This document shows positions 60,200-64,000 of a DNA stretch of 64,000 nt, one piece after another (positions within the stretch are counted from its first letter, which is position 1; each line of letters starts with the position of its first letter). Position numbers and translations under genes: made by a program. Origin of the DNA: an archaeon (GTDB lineage: Archaea > Nanobdellota > Nanobdellia > SCGC-AAA011-G17 > GW2011-AR17); assembly GCA_018656555.1 (NCBI GenBank), contig JABHZQ010000020.1, positions 10,764 to 74,763 of the forward strand, in the 5' to 3' direction. Under the pieces are notes generated by a model. The model did not search any database. It saw only the letters and a program-made list of their open reading frames with translations, and was not told where the DNA came from.

Positions 60200-61381
60200 T
60201 TAGATATCTTTGGCAAATAGAACTGCATTACTTATATCTAGAGGATGAACAGGGTGAGTATGATCTGCTATTTCAATATAACCATTATCTCTAAAAAATG
60301 TTCCTCTGTTATGTTGGACTCCCTCTTTTCTAAAATCTGTTTCTGTTTCAAAATGAACAAGACTTGTTCCATATCTTGTTTTGAATAATTCTTCAGCTGT
60401 TTCAAGTACTCTGGAACCTAATCCTTGCCCTCTTAATCTTTGAGCTTCATCATCTGGAATAAATCTTGTAAATCCTTCACCAATATAAAAACCATCAGCA
60501 AGAATTCTGTCTGCTATTCTTCTAAAATATAAGAATCCAACCTCTCTTTCACCTTCATCTAATTCTGTTACAATAATTCTCCCTCTACCACTTCTATTTT
60601 CTAATAATCTTGCTAAACATATTTTATCTTTATCATAAGGGTGAGTATAAATTCCAACAACTGGAAGTTCTCCTATTGCTATAAACTTATCATTAGCTAA
60701 AAATGTTTGATCTTCTCTTTCTAATAGTGTTGGTTCTGTTAAAGGAGAAGAGAGTGAATATCTTTTTACTGCACTATGTTTTATATGGCCTTGAACTATT
60801 TTTGCTCTTTTCTTTGTAATATCTAATTTTCCTATTCCTAAATCCTCTGGAGATAAACCACCATAAGCTTTTTTTTGCTTTCCTTCTACTGCAATTACAT
60901 GATATCTATAATTGATAATACTTAGTCCTATTCTTATAACTAATTGGGCTAATTGATTTCTTTCATTATTTAATTCTATTAAATCTCTTACGTCTTCCCC
61001 TACAACTAAATTACCAGATAAAAATCCTTTATTTCTTGATTTTGAAACACTTGCACCACCTATGTTTCTATATACTCCATCTACAAGTTCAATAAGATTA
61101 AGTGTTCCTTCTATATTGTAATTTCTGGTAAGATCATTTTCAAATCTATAATCATCATTTAATTGAGCTATTACTAAAGAACTACCTGTACTTATGATTC
61201 CATATGTTGGATTTGAGTTTGGAATATAATACCTATTTCCTTCAAGTTTAAGAGTTACTGCTCTTTCTAAAGGTAAACCTTCTACTTTTACTAATTTAGG
61301 TCTATCTTCCATCAATTCTAGGCTTAAAGTCTTTGTTTTCATGGATGGAAAGGTATTTAAATGATTTATAAGTTTTACCAT
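60200..61381 (-). CDS. Hypothetical protein with C-terminal GNAT-like domain
   Basis: LRGQGLGSRVLE acetyl-CoA motif A; FFRDNGY. Confidence 0.6.
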   Translation of the reverse strand: MVKLINHLNTFPSMKTKTLSLELMEDRPKLVKVEGLPLERAVTLKLEGNRYYIPNSNPTYGIISTGSSLVIAQLNDDYRFENDLTRNYNIEGTLNLIELVDGVYRNIGGASVSKSRNKGFLSGNLVVGEDVRDLIELNNERNQLAQLVIRIGLSIINYRYHVIAVEGKQKKAYGGLSPEDLGIGKLDITKKRAKIVQGHIKHSAVKRYSLSSPLTEPTLLEREDQTFLANDKFIAIGELPVVGIYTHPYDKDKICLARLLENRSGRGRIIVTELDEGEREVGFLYFRRIADRILADGFYIGEGFTRFIPDDEAQRLRGQGLGSRVLETAEELFKTRYGTSLVHFETETDFRKEGVQHNRGTFFRDNGYIEIADHTHPVHPLDISNAVLFAKDI

Positions 61382-61394
61382 TATTAGGTAGTAA

Positions 61395-62480
61395 ATGGCT
61401 TTAAATCAGAAAATGCAGTGGCTTTTGGACCAAAGAGAGATGAGATCAACTACTTCTGTCTTGGGATTTGATATAATCATAACTCCAGATAGAAGAGTTA
61501 AGATTGTTGAGATTAATGGTGCAAATTCTGGTTCAAGTGGTTTAAAGAAGTTATCTGGAGGAGAGAGGGATATTTATGGAGAGATGTTTGAATACATCGG
61601 GTCTTTTTCTCCTAAAATTTATACTGCCGGAAAACTTCAAAATTCTAAATTATCTTCTTTTGTTGCTGAACTTGATTTAAATCATGCTTTTAGGGAAGGA
61701 GTATTTAGACAAATTGTTCCTAAAGATAGATCTAGGTTTGTTTTGCCAAGGGTACCTGAAGAACAAAATATTGAAGCAGTTATTTGGAATCATTTGGGAG
61801 ATAGGGCTATTTTTGATGAAGATCGTTTTATTGTAATTAATCCTTATGCTATTGAAAGAGCGACAGGATCTAAAGATGTTATGGATGTTTTATTTAATGG
61901 TGATTTTGGTTTAAGACCTTTGACCCATAGTATTTTGGTTGCTAATGAGGAACAGCTTGTTTTAGAACAAATTGCTGAATCTAAATCTGATTATTTTGTT
62001 ATAAAACCTACTGATGGTATTCAAGGTAGGAAAGTTAAGATATTTTCTAAACAGGATGTTCTTGATCGAGGTGCTGTTGAACTTTATAGGAGTATTGAAG
62101 ATGGGCCTTATCATGAACCTAATTTGATTTTAGAAGAATTAATTCCTTCTCAGGAAATCTATTCTGATAAAACTGGGAATAATCATTTTGGTTGTATGAG
62201 GTATTTAGTTGTTGTTAATAGTGATGATGGAGATATGTCTATAAAACATTTTGGTGGTTATTGGAGACTTTCTCCTAAAAGTATTGCTAGTGGTGATTTA
62301 GCTGGAAGATTGATTGCTAATTATTCAAATGGTGCAATTCCTGAATTTGTTAGTGAGGAAGATCTTGCTTTGGTTAGTGGGGTTGTTGATGAATTCCTTC
62401 CTGTTTTGTATAAAAGATTACTTAGATTACCTCTAAATGAAAGACCAGATGATTTGAAATTAATTGATTATTGTTATTAA
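61395..62480 (+). CDS. Circularly permuted ATP-grasp protein
   Basis: LGFDII...IVEING at the N-terminus; K, FVIKP..G.QG, LEELI and MRY downstream. Confidence 0.7.
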   Translation: MALNQKMQWLLDQREMRSTTSVLGFDIIITPDRRVKIVEINGANSGSSGLKKLSGGERDIYGEMFEYIGSFSPKIYTAGKLQNSKLSSFVAELDLNHAFREGVFRQIVPKDRSRFVLPRVPEEQNIEAVIWNHLGDRAIFDEDRFIVINPYAIERATGSKDVMDVLFNGDFGLRPLTHSILVANEEQLVLEQIAESKSDYFVIKPTDGIQGRKVKIFSKQDVLDRGAVELYRSIEDGPYHEPNLILEELIPSQEIYSDKTGNNHFGCMRYLVVVNSDDGDMSIKHFGGYWRLSPKSIASGDLAGRLIANYSNGAIPEFVSEEDLALVSGVVDEFLPVLYKRLLRLPLNERPDDLKLIDYCY

Positions 62481-62647
62481 AGTTTAAATCCAGTAAGATA
62501 TTCTCTAATATTATCTAATTCCTTTTGGATTGCTTGACCTTCTGTTTTCTTTCCTTCTTTGATTTCTTGGAGTAAATCTTCATAGCATGATTCTACAAAC
62601 ATTAATAATCCATTTATTGCTTTTTGACTAAATCCTGATGGTGGCAT
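62477..62647 (-). CDS. Small hypothetical protein (56 aa), not in ORF track
   Basis: MPPSGFSQKAINGLLMFVESCYEDLLQEIKEGRKTEGQAIQKELDNIREYLTGFKL; SD GAGGT upstream. Confidence 0.6.
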   Translation of the reverse strand: MPPSGFSQKAINGLLMFVESCYEDLLQEIKEGKKTEGQAIQKELDNIREYLTGFKL

Positions 62648-62713
62648 TTTCTTTGACCTCCTATAATCTTGTTTTAACCAAAAGGTTTTTATATATTATC
62701 TCCCCTGTACAGA

Positions 62714-63463
62714 GTGTATATGTATAAGGAAAAGTTAGAAGAATTGGGATTGACTTCAGGAGAGTCAAAGGTTTACGAGGCTTTACTAGTGTTGGGGCCC
62801 TCTACTGTTGGTCCTGTTGTTAAGAAATCTAATGTAGCTTATTCAAATATTTATGAAATTCTTAATAGACTGTTAGATAAGGGTTTGGTTAGTTTTATTG
62901 TAAAGCAGAAGACTAAGTATTTTCAAGCTGAGGATATTAATAGAATTAAGGATTATTTAGTATTACAAGAAAAGGAGTTAGAGAAGAAGAAAAAGATATT
63001 TGAGGATATTCAACCCAAGTTAGAAAGATTAGGGTTTGATAAGAAGAAAGAAGAGGCAGAGATCTTTGTTGGGGAAAAAGGATTAATGACTGCTTATGAG
63101 AAGTTGTTGAAAGGATCTGACAAAAAAGATAGAGGTTATTTTTTCTATGTTCATGATGAAGAGTATTATGAGAAAGCTGAGAAGTTTTATGTTAAGTCTT
63201 GGCATTTGATGAGGAAGTATAAAAGTAAGTGGAAAGGAATAAGTACTGTTGATTTTAAGAAGACTAAATTGGTTAAGAGATATCCTTCTTTTGTTGAACA
63301 GAGATATGTTCCTTTTCCAGTTCCAGGTAATATTGATTTTATTAATGATAAGGTTTTGATTACTACTTGGAAGAATCCAGTGGGAATATTAATTCATTCT
63401 AAAGAAATAGTTGAGAGTTATAGATCTTATTTTGAGTCTGTTTGGAAGTTGGCTAAGAAGTAA
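62714..63463 (+). CDS. TrmB-family HTH regulator
   Basis: LGLTSGESKVYEALL.LG...IYEIL.RL.DKGLV. Confidence 0.88.
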   Translation: MYMYKEKLEELGLTSGESKVYEALLVLGPSTVGPVVKKSNVAYSNIYEILNRLLDKGLVSFIVKQKTKYFQAEDINRIKDYLVLQEKELEKKKKIFEDIQPKLERLGFDKKKEEAEIFVGEKGLMTAYEKLLKGSDKKDRGYFFYVHDEEYYEKAEKFYVKSWHLMRKYKSKWKGISTVDFKKTKLVKRYPSFVEQRYVPFPVPGNIDFINDKVLITTWKNPVGILIHSKEIVESYRSYFESVWKLAKK

Positions 63464-63523
63464 TTACATTAAATCAATAGAATCTGCAAAAGCTTTATAA
63501 CATTTTGAACTAATTTTATTTAT

Positions 63524-63958
63524 ATGGAAAGAGCTTATTTTAGGTCTATGTCTAAAAGAGAGTATAATAAATGGAAAAGAAAAGGTGGGATTGCTGTTGG
63601 AACAGAGTGGACTGAATTAATGCTTTCTAAAACAGTAAAAGGTTATCCCTTAAGTGAACTCAAGACTTGGGTTGACGAAGGTAAAAATGAATGGGGCCCA
63701 CATGATGTGGTAATAGAGGTTACTAGTTCTGATGCTTTAGAGTTTGATTATGCTACAAGAGGAGATAGGTTTGGTCATGAGACTGATGAATTGATGCAAC
63801 CTTTGAGGTATAGAAATCTTAGAGCTATTGGATTCAAAAGAGTTAGGGTTATTTATGATCCAAGAGGATTAGTTTCTAAAGAACCAGTTTTAGAGTTAAA
63901 TGAGATGGTTAAAGGATTTTCTTTATGGGGTTGGGTTAAGGGTTGGTTTGGTAAGTAA
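63524..63958 (+). CDS. Hypothetical protein
   Basis: 144-aa ORF with AAAGCTTTATAA promoter about 25 nt upstream. Confidence 0.55.
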   Translation: MERAYFRSMSKREYNKWKRKGGIAVGTEWTELMLSKTVKGYPLSELKTWVDEGKNEWGPHDVVIEVTSSDALEFDYATRGDRFGHETDELMQPLRYRNLRAIGFKRVRVIYDPRGLVSKEPVLELNEMVKGFSLWGWVKGWFGK

Positions 63959-64000
63959 GTTTAAAATAAAAAAATTAAAATTTTAGTAAAGTAAAACCAA

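Overview
AT-rich chromosomal window of a DPANN archaeon, probably Nanoarchaeota/Woesearchaeales-like. The evidence is a 16S 5' end reading TTCCCGTTGATCCTGCGGG, archaeal PheRS, MAT, TrmB and Dph2 genes, and BRE-TATA promoters about 25 nt before apparently leaderless starts. The window holds a minus-strand 16S-tRNA(Ala)-23S operon preceded by an unlisted eL41 gene, tRNA-Glu(TTC), and a two-intron tRNA-Ser(GGA) directly downstream of a free-standing LAGLIDADG gene. A 12.6-kb element is integrated in the 3' end of that tRNA-Ser (14-bp direct repeat). It encodes a tyrosine integrase, divergent small regulators, a primase-polymerase/helicase followed by an iteron and hairpin origin candidate, and small and large terminase, but no recognisable portal, capsid or tail. 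Its cargo is an array of single-gene units, mostly surface proteins, joined by recurring intergenic motifs. This satellite-like element is the best candidate for an undescribed system. Other oddities are a bacterial RpoD-type sigma-70 factor, a short bacterial/viral-type topoisomerase IB, a MurL-like enzyme, a stand-alone Dph2 N-terminal domain, a circularly permuted ATP-grasp protein and a candidate small RNA with its own promoter. All calls are from motif reading by eye; no searches were run.
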